From Leidyana gryllorum EB-2025a (Eukaryota > Protista > Apicomplexa), in NCBI GenBank assembly GCA_048772705.1, contig JBLWGC010000104.1, forward strand, positions 930,001-994,000: a DNA stretch of 64,000 bases, read 5' to 3'. Shown here piece by piece: positions 11,576 through 23,369 of this stretch. Under the pieces are notes generated by a model. That model was given only the letters and a program-made list of their open reading frames with translations. It did no database searches and had not been told where the DNA came from. How positions within the stretch are numbered: the stretch's first letter is position 1; every line of letters begins with the position of its first letter. The translations under genes and the position numbers were made by a program.

Positions 11576-14170
11576 ATGCGCCCCCCTCGAATTGAACCAT
11601 CAGAACAGCACGACACCGTCCCTGAGTCCCACCTCTTCCTCGCGGGCGGTGCTCTTCTCGATATCCTCTATCAGGCCCAGACTGCAGGCATAGCTCAGAC
11701 GCGCCCAGAACAGGTCTATGACAAGCTGATCAAGTCACAACGCCGCAATCCCCTGAACAAGGCGATCAAACGTCGCCGCAGACGTCGGAAACGACAACGC
11801 AAACTGGAAAGACGTATAGCGGAACAGGCCTCTCGGTTCGGGAACATCTTCGAAAAGGGAATACTCGCGGCCATTGGACACGGTGTAGCCATGTGTGAGG
11901 TGAACGATGGCAACGAGACCGCGCGCTCCAAATACACAGCTCCTCCGAATAAAGAAGGTGTCCATTTGGCCGACGAAGTGTTGGATGAACAGGGCAGAGC
12001 CAACGAGTACTTTCATGGCGATGGCCGTCGATCAAGGTTTGACGATGATTTCACCCGTGATCTAGCAGCATCACCAGAGGCTCAAGGACCCGATGGCATT
12101 CAGCTGCTGGGCCGCGAACTGGTAAAGATCGGAGATCATCACTACATCGGCGGACTGCTCAACACCAAATCTGTGCCGTCCTCTGTATCACACCCCTCAA
12201 AGTATAAATATCTGCCCCTCGACATTGCCTCCACCATGAGTTGGGGCTCAGACTACGAGCGTCCACCCAGCCATGTCATCGATAAGTACTATCGATACAT
12301 GTCTATGACAGAGCAGCTCATCAGAGCTCATCAAGTGTTATCGGGAGTCTCCATGGAGGACTACCTGAGAGTGGTTGGATTGACCATCACCAAAGAACCG
12401 AGGAGGAGAAAGATGACTCGAGGAGCGGATATGATGCGATATTTGTATTGGGATGACAACAGCGGCGCCGAACGACCCGTCAATGCAAACTATGGAAACT
12501 TCATCAAATGGGAGCGCGAAGGTGGTACCCCCTTCAATAAAAATGACTCCGAGGGTATTCACATGTTCGATTGGAAGGAAAAGGTCCGATTCCTCCGCTG
12601 GGATACGATGATTGAAGCGGCATTCTCTCCGATGAACGAACAATACGGATTCAAGACAAACTTTGATGCCGAACCTCTTCTCGAGGCATTGTTGCGAGGA
12701 AATGTGGCACCACTGCGTCCACAATTCGTCGCCAACGGACTTCCTATCGGTCAGAATCTCTTGGACGATCAAAGATTTGTCCTCACTCTCAGAACTCTCC
12801 TGAACAGAGACAACGAGAAGATAACCAACGCCCTCAAACAGCTCTTCTTTACACATTTCGGAGACTTATTCGATCCCGAGAGAGGCAAAGATCAACAGAA
12901 AAAGCACTCTTGTATGACCGTCAGCAGTGATCAGGTCCGATCTCGACTCTCTCAACTGACTCCAGAACAAATTGTCAATTTGAGATTCGATTCACATCGA
13001 CGAGAATGGCTCAGAAGTCACTCTTCCGCTATTATGAGGAAAGTCATGAAAGATATTGATCCCTCAGAGAACTTGGCGGAGATGGAAAATGATCTCAAAC
13101 GAATTATGGGTGCCGACAAGGATGTCACCCAGAGTTTGCTGAGTCTGAGACGAATGCGCAGATACTTCACCAGACTTCGGATGGCTCAATACACGCGACA
13201 GGTCCTGAAGAATCTCATTGGGCGTCAACGTCATATAGAGTTCACCCGTTTGCGGGAGGAAAATTACTTTCGGAAGATGAACGATCTCATTGGACTCATT
13301 GCCGGCCAAAGAGGTGATCTGGCGCCCGCGAACGACCTCTTGGAGTTCGGAGACGAACTGCTCAGACTGGACACCGATAAGGCTGCATATACCTTCAAGT
13401 CCCTTTTCAATGATCCCTATGATCGATATGGCAATTACTATCACGGGGTTCTCAGTGTCAACATCTCGTCCCATCAAATCCATGATAAGAATGTGACCCC
13501 AAGCCAGTTTTCACTGCAGGCCAAGAAAGACGACAACGCGCTGATACCACCGCGACCGAGGCAAAATCTGCGGACTCGGGAGGTTTTGCGCCCCGAAGTA
13601 CGTCTGAAATTCGCAAATCCGGCAGCTCTGAGCAATCTACCCCCTCGCTACCATTTCGCTCTCCATTTACGCAACACCGCCCAATCCCAAGATGAAGGCA
13701 AAGTCTGTTTGATGGCACCTCCAGAAGTCTTCGTGGTGGATGCAGCCGCGACGAAGAATGATGTTTACGGTGGTTTGGTCAACATTGAGATCGACAAGGG
13801 CAGTACCTACGATCAGCCATTGGTCCGACCTCTCATGCTCACCCCTTTCGAAATCAGGAGTGTCATCTCTCAGCTCCAACTCGCATATGAGCGCTATCGT
13901 ACCCAGGACAAGTGGCGCATGCTGAACCCCATCCCGTTCGGTTTTGACCGCTATGGCCCTGAATTAAAGCAGTCTATAAGGCGGTTGGACGACGTTGGAA
14001 CGCTTAAGGCGAGCAGGGATCTCTACACCGCTAGTTTGAAAGCTGCACCAGGGGTTAGCAGCAGACCCAATCCTATCAGAAGCGAAATCGCCGATGCTGG
14101 CCTATTTACGTGCTTCATGTGGGAGGCGATTGGGTACACGTTCAAATACCAGGGAGATGCTATCCTTTAA
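11576..14170 (+). CDS. 864-aa intronless protein of unknown function
   Basis: Long uninterrupted ORF with globular composition and a basic NLS-like stretch KRRRRRRKRQRK. T8 tract just upstream of the ATG. Confidence 0.85.
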   Translation: MRPPRIEPSEQHDTVPESHLFLAGGALLDILYQAQTAGIAQTRPEQVYDKLIKSQRRNPLNKAIKRRRRRRKRQRKLERRIAEQASRFGNIFEKGILAAIGHGVAMCEVNDGNETARSKYTAPPNKEGVHLADEVLDEQGRANEYFHGDGRRSRFDDDFTRDLAASPEAQGPDGIQLLGRELVKIGDHHYIGGLLNTKSVPSSVSHPSKYKYLPLDIASTMSWGSDYERPPSHVIDKYYRYMSMTEQLIRAHQVLSGVSMEDYLRVVGLTITKEPRRRKMTRGADMMRYLYWDDNSGAERPVNANYGNFIKWEREGGTPFNKNDSEGIHMFDWKEKVRFLRWDTMIEAAFSPMNEQYGFKTNFDAEPLLEALLRGNVAPLRPQFVANGLPIGQNLLDDQRFVLTLRTLLNRDNEKITNALKQLFFTHFGDLFDPERGKDQQKKHSCMTVSSDQVRSRLSQLTPEQIVNLRFDSHRREWLRSHSSAIMRKVMKDIDPSENLAEMENDLKRIMGADKDVTQSLLSLRRMRRYFTRLRMAQYTRQVLKNLIGRQRHIEFTRLREENYFRKMNDLIGLIAGQRGDLAPANDLLEFGDELLRLDTDKAAYTFKSLFNDPYDRYGNYYHGVLSVNISSHQIHDKNVTPSQFSLQAKKDDNALIPPRPRQNLRTREVLRPEVRLKFANPAALSNLPPRYHFALHLRNTAQSQDEGKVCLMAPPEVFVVDAAATKNDVYGGLVNIEIDKGSTYDQPLVRPLMLTPFEIRSVISQLQLAYERYRTQDKWRMLNPIPFGFDRYGPELKQSIRRLDDVGTLKASRDLYTASLKAAPGVSSRPNPIRSEIADAGLFTCFMWEAIGYTFKYQGDAIL

Positions 14171-14172
14171 CA

Positions 14173-15350
14173 TCAAACGTTCTCGTTCAATATAAAGTTC
14201 ACTGGCACGCCCCGACTCAGACTGTGTGCACACGTGTGTATATCAAACCGATAATCAACTCTTACCATCGAATGTAATGATAGATAAAGTCACCCATTAC
14301 CACCAACTGGACGACTTGCATTACAATGACCCATAAGCCAGCGAATGATTTGAGCTGATTTGGGTATAAGAAGGCAACACCACGCTACAGGACTTACAGC
14401 ACGCGAATGATCATTCAGCTCTCTGTACGTTGCCACCCAGAAGACGAAGGATAGGATCTTGGAGAGCGCTTGACCCGCCAGAAAGTGACTAGTGAAAGGT
14501 TCCACCCGTTTCTGATGTGGAAAGCCGAGTTAGCAGTTGTAGAGGGAGCCCACCAACACATTTACCTCTTTCTGGAAGTGGAATAGCTGGGGCAAACAAG
14601 CGACAGCCTCCAAGTAGAGGGCAAAAGTCCAAGCAATCTGTCATAGCACAGGCAGTCAGTTGAGGCGGAAGGTAAGGTTCAGGCAGGTGGTGGCGTCGTT
14701 GGAGGTCCGTTCAGGGAGGGCAAAGGAGCACTGAGTTGCGGTGTCGGTCGGTGACCGACTCGAAGAAGAGGTGGGGGAGAGCAAAGGGGGAAGGCGTCAG
14801 GTGAGCTTACATCGGCTGGCATAAAGGCATTGAGGTTTGGGTGGAATACAAGGGCGAGGAGGAGAGCGGGTAATACAAGAGTATAGTGGTTGAAGGCGTC
14901 AGAGTTGGCGTCGTAGGTGGCGCGATACCGTTTGCGACAGAGGTAGACGATTGTAGCGCAGAGGCAGAGGGAAGCTGCCTCTGTGGTTTGATATAGCCAA
15001 TCGCCGGTGCGATCATAGGGAAGATAACCTTCGAAAGGAACGATTGAGAACAATCTGGATATGAGCAGCACGAGGTAACACTCCATCATTTTGACTGAGA
15101 CTCCAGAACATGTGCCGGTGCGTTCGATCTTCTGGGCCACCATGAAGAAGCAGAAGGTGCTGACCAGACTGGACAATGTGAGGAGGAAGGAGAAGTCGCG
15201 GTCAGACAGGAAGACCCATACTACTATGACCGAGGCGCAGAAAAGGATCCAGGCGTTCACGGATGTCTTGTGTTCCATGAACCATTGCTTTATCTTGTCT
15301 GTTGGGCGTCCCCCATACGCATCATATGAATGACCCTTAGCGTCCGACAT
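14173..15350 (-). CDS. ER lumen protein-retaining receptor-like protein (ERD2/KDELR family)
   Basis: SGVSVKMMECY, GYLPYDRTGDWLY, IAWTFALYLEAVACLPQL and MQVVQLVVMGDFIYHY motifs. Four introns; ends ILNENV*. Confidence 0.92.
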
Positions 15351-15408
15351 GGTCGTGCTCCTCTCAAAAACACGCAATCAACCAGGCAGAGACACTGTTT
15401 TTTCCTTT

Positions 15409-16265
15409 CTAGCGCATGTGCTGTTGAGCGTACGGAGGATTGATGAAACCCTTCAGGCTGAGTCGGCTGACATAGGTAACATCACTGTCAAAAAAGGTCA
15501 TTCGGACAACACCGCCCAGGTCGAAAACATACCTGCCCGCTTCATTACTTTCCACGAATATCTGGATGGAATTGACCTTCTGGAACTTGGTGCCCTTCAT
15601 CACCACGCTGGAGGCACCATCCATCACCTTTGGTTTCAATCGAGTTGTCGGCTTACTGCTGATCGATGGTCTCCACAACTTGGGAGGGGAAGAGGTCCTC
15701 GGCCTCACGAAAGTCCAAATCATCGTGGTTCGCATAGAACTTGACCACTTTGGGTCTGGATGCGCCTTCGACATCCGGGCAATTCTCCGCTCCTATCTTC
15801 ACCTGAGAGACAGACACAACAGGGAGATCAACACTGACGAGACACAAAGGGCAGTGTAAAACGTGTCACACAAGCACCGAACACTATAGACAAATGGGAA
15901 CATCGAGCTCCCTGTCACCGGGTACTGGGCACTCACAGCTGTAATTGTGACGGGGTCTTTGAAGACAACATTTAGGATTAGCTGTTCATCTGCGTCTGAG
16001 ACGAGTACCAGAGCATCATTCTCGTTGGTTCCTATAATGTCAGAGAGTGTGGCATAGTCGGTCCGAGCGTTGAGGGCCCTCTGAGATAATTGTGAGGACT
16101 GTGTAATTTGACGGGGGAGAAAGTACTCACAGACGTGACCAGGTCCACCACTGTAGAATTGATGCCCAGATCGATTTCTTCGTGTTTGTTAACGACTTCT
16201 GGCCGCTTGGCGAGCAGATGCTCTCTCATCTTCTTGGTGTTGACGGCCTCCTCACGTGCACTCAT
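15409..16265 (-). CDS. PITH-domain protein
   Basis: LVSDADEQLILNVVF, RPKVVKFYAN..LDF and KFQKVNSIQIFVESN..VTYVSRLSLKG across spliced exons. Confidence 0.85.
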
Positions 16266-16375
16266 TGCTTCACACGCTCGAGAAAAAATCCTTTTGAAGG
16301 TCTGACTGGCGGGGTGACCCCTCTTTCTCGCTGCAAGATTTGAAGGAGGCGGTCAATTGGTCAGTCAATTACAAA

Positions 16376-16462
16376 CTGTCTGTCTGTCTCTCTCTCTCTC
16401 TCTGTGTGACATACAGAAAGAGCCTGAGTGTCTTTCTCTGTCTGTCTGTCTGTCTGTATCTC
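16376..16462. repeat. (TGTC)n/(CT)n microsatellite
   Basis: ctgtctgtctgtctctctctctctctctgtg...tgtctgtctgtctgtctg. Confidence 0.7.
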
Positions 16463-16546
16463 TTTATCCCTTTCTCGCCCACGAACAAAAGTGGTTCATC
16501 TCATCTCATCAGTCAGTTATAGGCAGCGAGGCCGCCCAGATAGTCG

Positions 16547-17377
16547 CTAGACGAGCCAACGTTTGCTTTCGCGTCCACTCAGCACATTGAGCTCCTGCCA
16601 AGACCAAAAGATATGGCTGGTAGGATTGGGTAACTCGTTACGTAGATTCACAGCACAACTTGTCCGGTCGGAATCGGAATTGTTGGACGGGCTCCCCCCC
16701 ACCTTCACCTCCCCCAAATCAGGCATGCGAATAGTACAGGCCGGACCGCACTGTGTGATTTTATACAAACGATCATTTTCCCCTGCTCGGTCATACAACT
16801 CATTGTAGACCACACAGTTCGGAAAGAAATCCACAACAACGAACTCGTCTGGCGGCGTGTTGTGTGAGAATGCCGCTACACTGTGTCCATGTTTGTCGGC
16901 TCTGATCTGTGCGCGATCGACAAATTGTCTTCTTCCTCCCGGGCCCAATCTTCTCCAGACACTGGTTCTTCTATTCTCGTCAAAAATGATCAGCCTCCTC
17001 GCTTTCGGGTTGGGCAGGTCAATCGTAATGGGAGGCTTCACAAGTAGATGTACTTCACCACCGCGCATACGAATCTGCTTCAGTTCTTGAGTCAGCAACC
17101 AGCAAATCTCGAATTGCCCTTCACTGTGTAGGAAATCTTGTACCTTCTGACTACTGCGGGCACACGTTGAAGTGAAACAACACACCCCATCTCGCTCATG
17201 AAATTCCCTCAAAACCATCGTGCGGACTCGCGGTTGAGACTCCTTGTCAACCGTCGCCACACTCACCCAAGCATTCAATGGTGACTCAGCTCGAGATCTG
17301 ATCCATACATTTTTAAGTAGTTGAAGTATTCCAGTACCATCCACCTCCGGAAGGGACGATATAGAAGTTGCACTCAT
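16547..17377 (-). CDS. Pyridoxamine 5'-phosphate oxidase-like FMN-binding split-barrel protein
   Basis: VATVDKESQPRVRTMVLREF, ARSSQKV and FEICWLLTQELKQIRMRG. Intronless. Confidence 0.75.
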   Translation of the reverse strand: MSATSISSLPEVDGTGILQLLKNVWIRSRAESPLNAWVSVATVDKESQPRVRTMVLREFHERDGVCCFTSTCARSSQKVQDFLHSEGQFEICWLLTQELKQIRMRGGEVHLLVKPPITIDLPNPKARRLIIFDENRRTSVWRRLGPGGRRQFVDRAQIRADKHGHSVAAFSHNTPPDEFVVVDFFPNCVVYNELYDRAGENDRLYKITQCGPACTIRMPDLGEVKVGGSPSNNSDSDRTSCAVNLRNELPNPTSHIFWSWQELNVLSGRESKRWLV

Positions 17378-17419
17378 ACCAATATCTCGTGCTATCTTTT
17401 TTGACAAAAGGTTCAACGT

Positions 17420-20400
17420 TCATCGAGCAGGCCGTGATCGACTTATCACTCCACTCCAACTTCCTAATTCCCTCCCTACTGTCACTGTGGGTACTAACGA
17501 TGGAGCTGCTGGGAGACTTGCAAAATCTGGAAAACTCGTGGTTCGTGTGGTCGTCGTTGTCGTCGCCGCTGCACTCGCCGTCCCGCCGCCGGCGCAGTTC
17601 CCTGATGATACCACTCCTCCTGCTGCTGTTGCACCCTCCCCACCCCTGTGGGATCTCACAATCACGTGTTGCTGGTGAACCACCACGCTCTGGTGCTGCA
17701 CCAGGCTTTCCTGGTGGTGAATAATCCGCGTAGTGGATGTTGTGGGCCTCAACGCCGACGCACTGCTGCTCGCCGCTCGATCGATTGCCTGCAGACCGTT
17801 CACTCGCGACGTCCGTAACAGCATCTGCTGTTGTTGCTGAACACTCTGTTGGGGTATCATACCACTCGGCCCTGCCGAAATCGCCGGCCCTTGCTGCTCC
17901 AGCAAAGTAGTGGGAGCAGAACGAGTGGGTGGCAGAGGTAAGGGGAGAGGGGCCAAAGAGGGGGTCGGACGCCTCTGCCACGATGCAATCAGTCTGCTCA
18001 GCTCCTCTCCCCGGTGATCAGGGAGCGCTTCAGCCACCATACTCAGAACTCGGATAGGATTTTCTCGGACAATCGCTTTCAATCCGTCAGTCACAGACGT
18101 CGCTCTGGGAAGTACCACAATCTCCGCACTCGTTGACCCAGACACTGCTCTCCCCGCCACTGTAGGTGGCGGCGGAGGGCTGCATTGTTGGAAGAAATGG
18201 TGTGTTGTTGTCGAGGAGTACGCTTTACTCTTGCTCGTGGTTTCGTTGCTGGGGGTAGCTTCAGCAGCAGTCGTCGGCTCCTCGGTGGCCGTCGTGGTAC
18301 CGGCCTGCGATGTCGGGGACAATGCAACAGCCCGTCGCAGGTCCTGGATCTGCACACAGCGCAGTCCCTTCTTTATTCTCTCGAGGTTCCGTCGGTATAA
18401 GGTCCGTGCCACCGATATCGCTTGGCCACGTCCAAGTCGCGCTTTCAGTAAAATCTCCTTTTCATCCGCTGTGAAGGCTTCATCTCGCCAACGGCAATCG
18501 AGTTTGTTGTAGAAACGATTGTGCACAGCGTCACGACGACGCTCCGGCCCGTTCAACAACTTGTTCAGTTTGTTCAATACCTGTCAGAGGACAAAGAGAT
18601 TGTTATTGTGGAGAGATTGTCATTGAAAGATAGAGGGGGAGAAAGTGTCACGGAGACAGAAAGAAAAGCAGTGCCACTCCAGGGAACGTAAGCTTCACTG
18701 GCTCACCTGTGTTGCCAAAGACCAATCAACTTCTGACACTGGGGGCGGCCAGGTGATCAACGGCTTTATATGACCCCCAACTCCCACCAAATGTAAGAAT
18801 ACCATCTTGACTACAAAATCCTCAGCAGCAATCCACGTTTGACGTTTGGCCACAAACTCTCGCGAGAAACTGAGGTGAGTGAGTAGTGAACATCTCTATC
18901 GGTGATCCAACTTACAATCGGCCAGTGAGGACTTCCCGACCCAAAGGTCCGCAGGTTGCTTCGAAAAGATTGTCCGCAATGGCACGTGACTCTTTCTCGG
19001 CTGTATCCTTCCCTGCTGACCGACTCGTCGAGGAAGACGTTGAATTAGAAGTTGTGGTCGAAGAAGTAGTGGCGTCTCCGGTAGCCTTCTTCGCCACAGG
19101 GGAGTGAGCTAGGAATTCCTGCACTTTGACAGCGAACAATTCCGCGCTCTCCCGCCAGGCAGCCCAGGCCAACTCGCAGGCCTCGAGGAACAAGTCACAG
19201 TCACGAGCTCGGAGTAACATCTCTGGGTGCGAGTCTGGGAAGGTCTCGGCGGCGCACTTGAGATCTATACACTCCGTTGAATTCTCCGTCAGCAGCCTGG
19301 TGATGCAGTTGATGATCTCTTCATTTCCCGACGCCACTCCCCAGGGGGAAGAACGATCCCAGGTTTTCACATCATCAGCACGGAGCCCATGCTTTACTCC
19401 ATAGGCACTCTTCTGCCACGCCAAGAGCGCCCGCAGGCAGCGAAAGGTGAACTCCACCACCACATAAGGAGTGACGGACTGGGTCGCCGGCGGATCGGCA
19501 CTCGCCGGTATCTGAATATACTTCAAGACGAGAGCCTCCGGGATTTTGAGCGTAGTTTCCTCCTGCATCATTTTCCGAATCCCTTCCTCGGTACGCATCC
19601 AAGCCGGAGCCAACGACTTGGCGAACTTGAAAGCTTTCTCCAAAACGACAGGGGAGAGTGTTATAACAGCGTCCTGCTTGGCGGTGGCTGCGCTCGTAGT
19701 TGATGGACTGCAAGTGCTGCCTCGGAGACATCCTCTTCGGCACCGTTTGAAGTCCTGTTCGTCGCTGGAGACTTCACTGTCAGTAACAATCTTCCGTTTT
19801 TCCGGCTTGCGCTTTCGCTTCACGACGGAGATTGGACGATCGCACACGTCGTCTTCTGGAGTGGGGTCGGCTTCGACGTCAAGCGCACAAGGAGAGGACA
19901 TTTCACTTTTTGCCATCCGCGAAGAGGAGTTTCCGGTATCATGTTGGGAACTAAGCCGCCGTCCTTTATTAGAGTTTTCTGATCCGTCCTGAAGGAGCCT
20001 TGTCAAGACGAGGCCGAGCTCCTCTTTGGTGGAGAGCTCTCCTGCCATCTTTTCCCAAAAATCAGGGTCCTCCGGCTTAGGCGGCCGCACTCCAACGGGG
20101 TCAGAGTCTTGCATGTCATCGTCATCAGTATCCTGATACCGAGCCGCCGAAAAGTCGGCTCCCAGCATCAACACGTCCTCGTTGGTTTCGGAGGGAGTGC
20201 AGGTGGGCGTATCTGCAATGCGAGTAGCTTTGGTGGTCATTATTTCCTCCAAACTCGCATTGGCGAAAGACTCCGCTTCGTTCTCTGCGTCTTTGTCATT
20301 CATCAAGGCAGCGAATACGCCTCGTCGCAGTGCCAATTCTTCTTGTTCGCGATTCAGTTTGGGCCGCTTGCTGGAGGTCCAAGCACTGCGGTCCAATCGG

Positions 20401-23218
20401 CCAAGAAGAACGGCTTCCAATCCAAGCTTTTTTCCGGCGATACTGAGCAGCATGAAATCTTCGTATGTCCTCTCGGCAATCAGATGAAAGACCTCAACTT
20501 CTCGGCTTTGGCCTATTCGATGGCATCGCGCTTGCGCTTGGAGATCGTGTTGGGGATTGTAGTCACTGTCGAGATGGATGACCACAGAGGCTGCCGTGAG
20601 GTTGATGCCCAGCCCTCCAGCCCGAGTTGTGCAGAGAAATAGAAATCGATCCGGCTGTAGATTGAAACGATCTATGCTTCGTTGGCGGTCTTCGGTGCTG
20701 CTGTCACCATCTACCCGCTCAAATCCCCATCCCTGATGTTCGGCATAGGCAGAAACCAAGTCTAGAGCAGTCTTGAAAAAGGAGAATAATAGCACTTTCC
20801 GGTCCTTTTCGTAATACTGTCGGAGCATCTTGTCCATCAGGATGAACTTCCCGCTGCATTGAACCAAGAACTTCAAAGGGGAGACATCCGGTGAGACATT
20901 CGTGGCACCGAATGCTCCTCTACGTATAGCGTCTTCCATTCCGTCCACCATGAAAGGGTGAACACATACCTTCCGCAGTTGCATATGTAAATTGTTGCAT
21001 CGAGCAACCCCTTCGGTAATGCTTCGAGAGTACAACGCTGTATAAACGCGCTTCTGCACCAGACTCAGCGGAACTTTGACTAGCTTCACGTGTTTTAGGG
21101 GCAACGAAGCAAGAGTTTCCCGCTTTTCCCGACGGAGCACATACGGACCGATGAGGTGCTGCAGCTCTTCTGTCCGCTCTAAACAGTCGTCGCAATCTTG
21201 CAGCTTCCCGAACTTCAGTATGAACTCGTTTTCCGTCCATTCTGCACCGACCCCCTCAAATACAAACCGCTCGGGATGCAACAGAGTGAGCATAGGGTAC
21301 AGCTCCCCTACAGTATTCTGGACTGGCGTTCCCGATAGAAGTAGTAAGTGCTCTCGATTCATCCGAGCCAAACCCTGCAGCAAGGAGCTCCGCTGTCCGC
21401 CCTTGGCTGCAAACCAGAAACGGCATTATATCCGACATTAACAATGGCGTAAACATTGAAGGGGGACCACCGTCCAGTGTTCCTTTTCCTCCCACCACCA
21501 CGCGTGTCAATGGACTCACCCTTTTGACATTCATCAACAACCAGGCAAACCCATTTGAAGTTTCGGGGCACGACATTGCAGAACTCAGCGCTTCTCAGCG
21601 ACTCGTAGGTCACAATAAGTACATCAGGCTTCAATTGACGATCATCTCGGATTCTCCCGATGGACGGGTCAGTAAATCGTAGTTCATGAGTCAAAATCGT
21701 CATTCGATCTAGTTTACATCCACCAAATGCGACAACATTGAGATGAGGAGCCCAATGGGCGAATTCCCTGCAGAAGATCGAGATATCAACAAGTCCGATT
21801 GAGCTTTGACGACGCGACCGATTACTCTTTGTGAAGGTACTCACCTCCGCCAGTTCTCCAGAACACTCTTTTGAAGTACAACTAAAGCATGTTGGGGTCT
21901 GTCAGTATCAAGCCCTCGAGTCAGAAGATGCTCAATGAAGACAATGGACTGACATGTCTTCCCTAAACCCATTTCGTCGGCTAGGAGAGATCCATGGCCA
22001 CTCTGTCGATAACGTCATGTCCTCTCAATAATCTCTACAACTCTCACCCACCTTCTCGGCATTCTTAAAGAGCCATTCTATACCTTCAAGCTGGTGGGGC
22101 ATTAATTGAAGGCCTTTAACGTCAGGCTGAGAAGAAATACGCTTATTGGTTCAAACACAAATCAGCTCCGCCTCACTGTTGGAAAATATGATCCAGCGGA
22201 ATCGATCTTCTTGGCCCGAAAGGACGCCCACAAAGAGCTTGAAGCTGTCCCCAAGTCCAAATCCGAGGAGATAACTGGTTGCGAATTCTTCATTCCTAAT
22301 TTAGCAAGACGTTCCCGTAAAGGGAAATTAAGAGTCTGAAATCGCTCTACGGCTCTTTCATCATCAAGCCGCCAACACTCTTCATATGGCTCGAAATAAC
22401 GACGATATACAGTCGACTCCACAGGGAGATTCTGGCCGCTCAAGCGTCCTGCCAACTCCCAAGTGGACTCGGAATACCCGGACAAAGCCCATTTGACGAG
22501 GTACTCTGCATCTCCTGCTGCATTCCTCCGGGCCGCAATCAAACGATCAACACGGGCGAACAATTGGAAGTTGGCTGTATCTTGATCTGCGAGCCATGAA
22601 TTTATTTTAGTCGTAGAGCAGGGGGCACGAAAAGTGAAGTAGAATGCAACAATTAACGGTGTGGCATTCGAAATCTGTCAGAAGTGCCGATGGGTGCGAC
22701 TCCTCCAAGGTGTGTGCACACTTTCCGCTTGAAATGTGTAACCTACCACTGAGTGCTATTTGCGCTCGCGGTGCTCGCCACCCGCCTGTAGCCATGAAAG
22801 CGTGCATATTCTGGGCCTCTTCAAGAGGCGTCATAGTAGTTGAAAGGTACTGCTCAGGGAACCGCCGGTGGAACTTTGCAAGCTTAGCTTCAGCTTCGTG
22901 AACGTCCACTAGTGTACCGTACGGTACCCAACAGAGGTCACGATAGCTTCGACCCTCCCATTTCACCAGGTAACGGGTGTCAGCCCCGTTGGGCGGCTCG
23001 GCCGCAAACACACGGTGGACGCGTAGTTCTGCGAGAGAAGACGTTGGTGCAACCGATGTGGGTACGTCTTCGACCGATGGTACTGCATCCTCGGACTGTG
23101 AAGAACACGAGTCAGAGCAACGGGACCGCTTGGAGGGAGGCGAACTTGTTGACAGGTGCGGAGGCCTCCGCTTACATTGATGTTTCCGCAGGGTAGAGTC
23201 CTCCGGGTCAGTCGACAT
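17420..23218 (-). CDS. CHD-family SNF2 chromatin remodeller (two chromodomains, helicase, C-terminal Myb-like repeats)
   Basis: Chromodomains YLVKWEGRSY..W and YLVKWALSGYSESTWE. Helicase motifs LADEMGLGKT, VDECQK, LLSGTPVQN, TRAGGLGINLTAA and QAQARCHRIGQ. Several introns. Confidence 0.92.
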
Positions 23219-23369
23219 AAAAAGGGCCGCCGCCAGCAGTGTCGTTTTTCTCTGACTGCCGTTGGGTCAGGGTCTGTCCCAATTACCGAACGAGTTTTTG
23301 GCGAATGCGGCCCATGGGACTTTCGACGTGCAATCGAACGTGCACCACGTTACCGCACCTTGCGCGAAT

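Noticed and set aside
23262-23369. 36-aa N-terminal extension of beta-tubulin in the ORF track
   Set aside because: It starts at TTG; beta-tubulins begin at MREI (ATG 23370).
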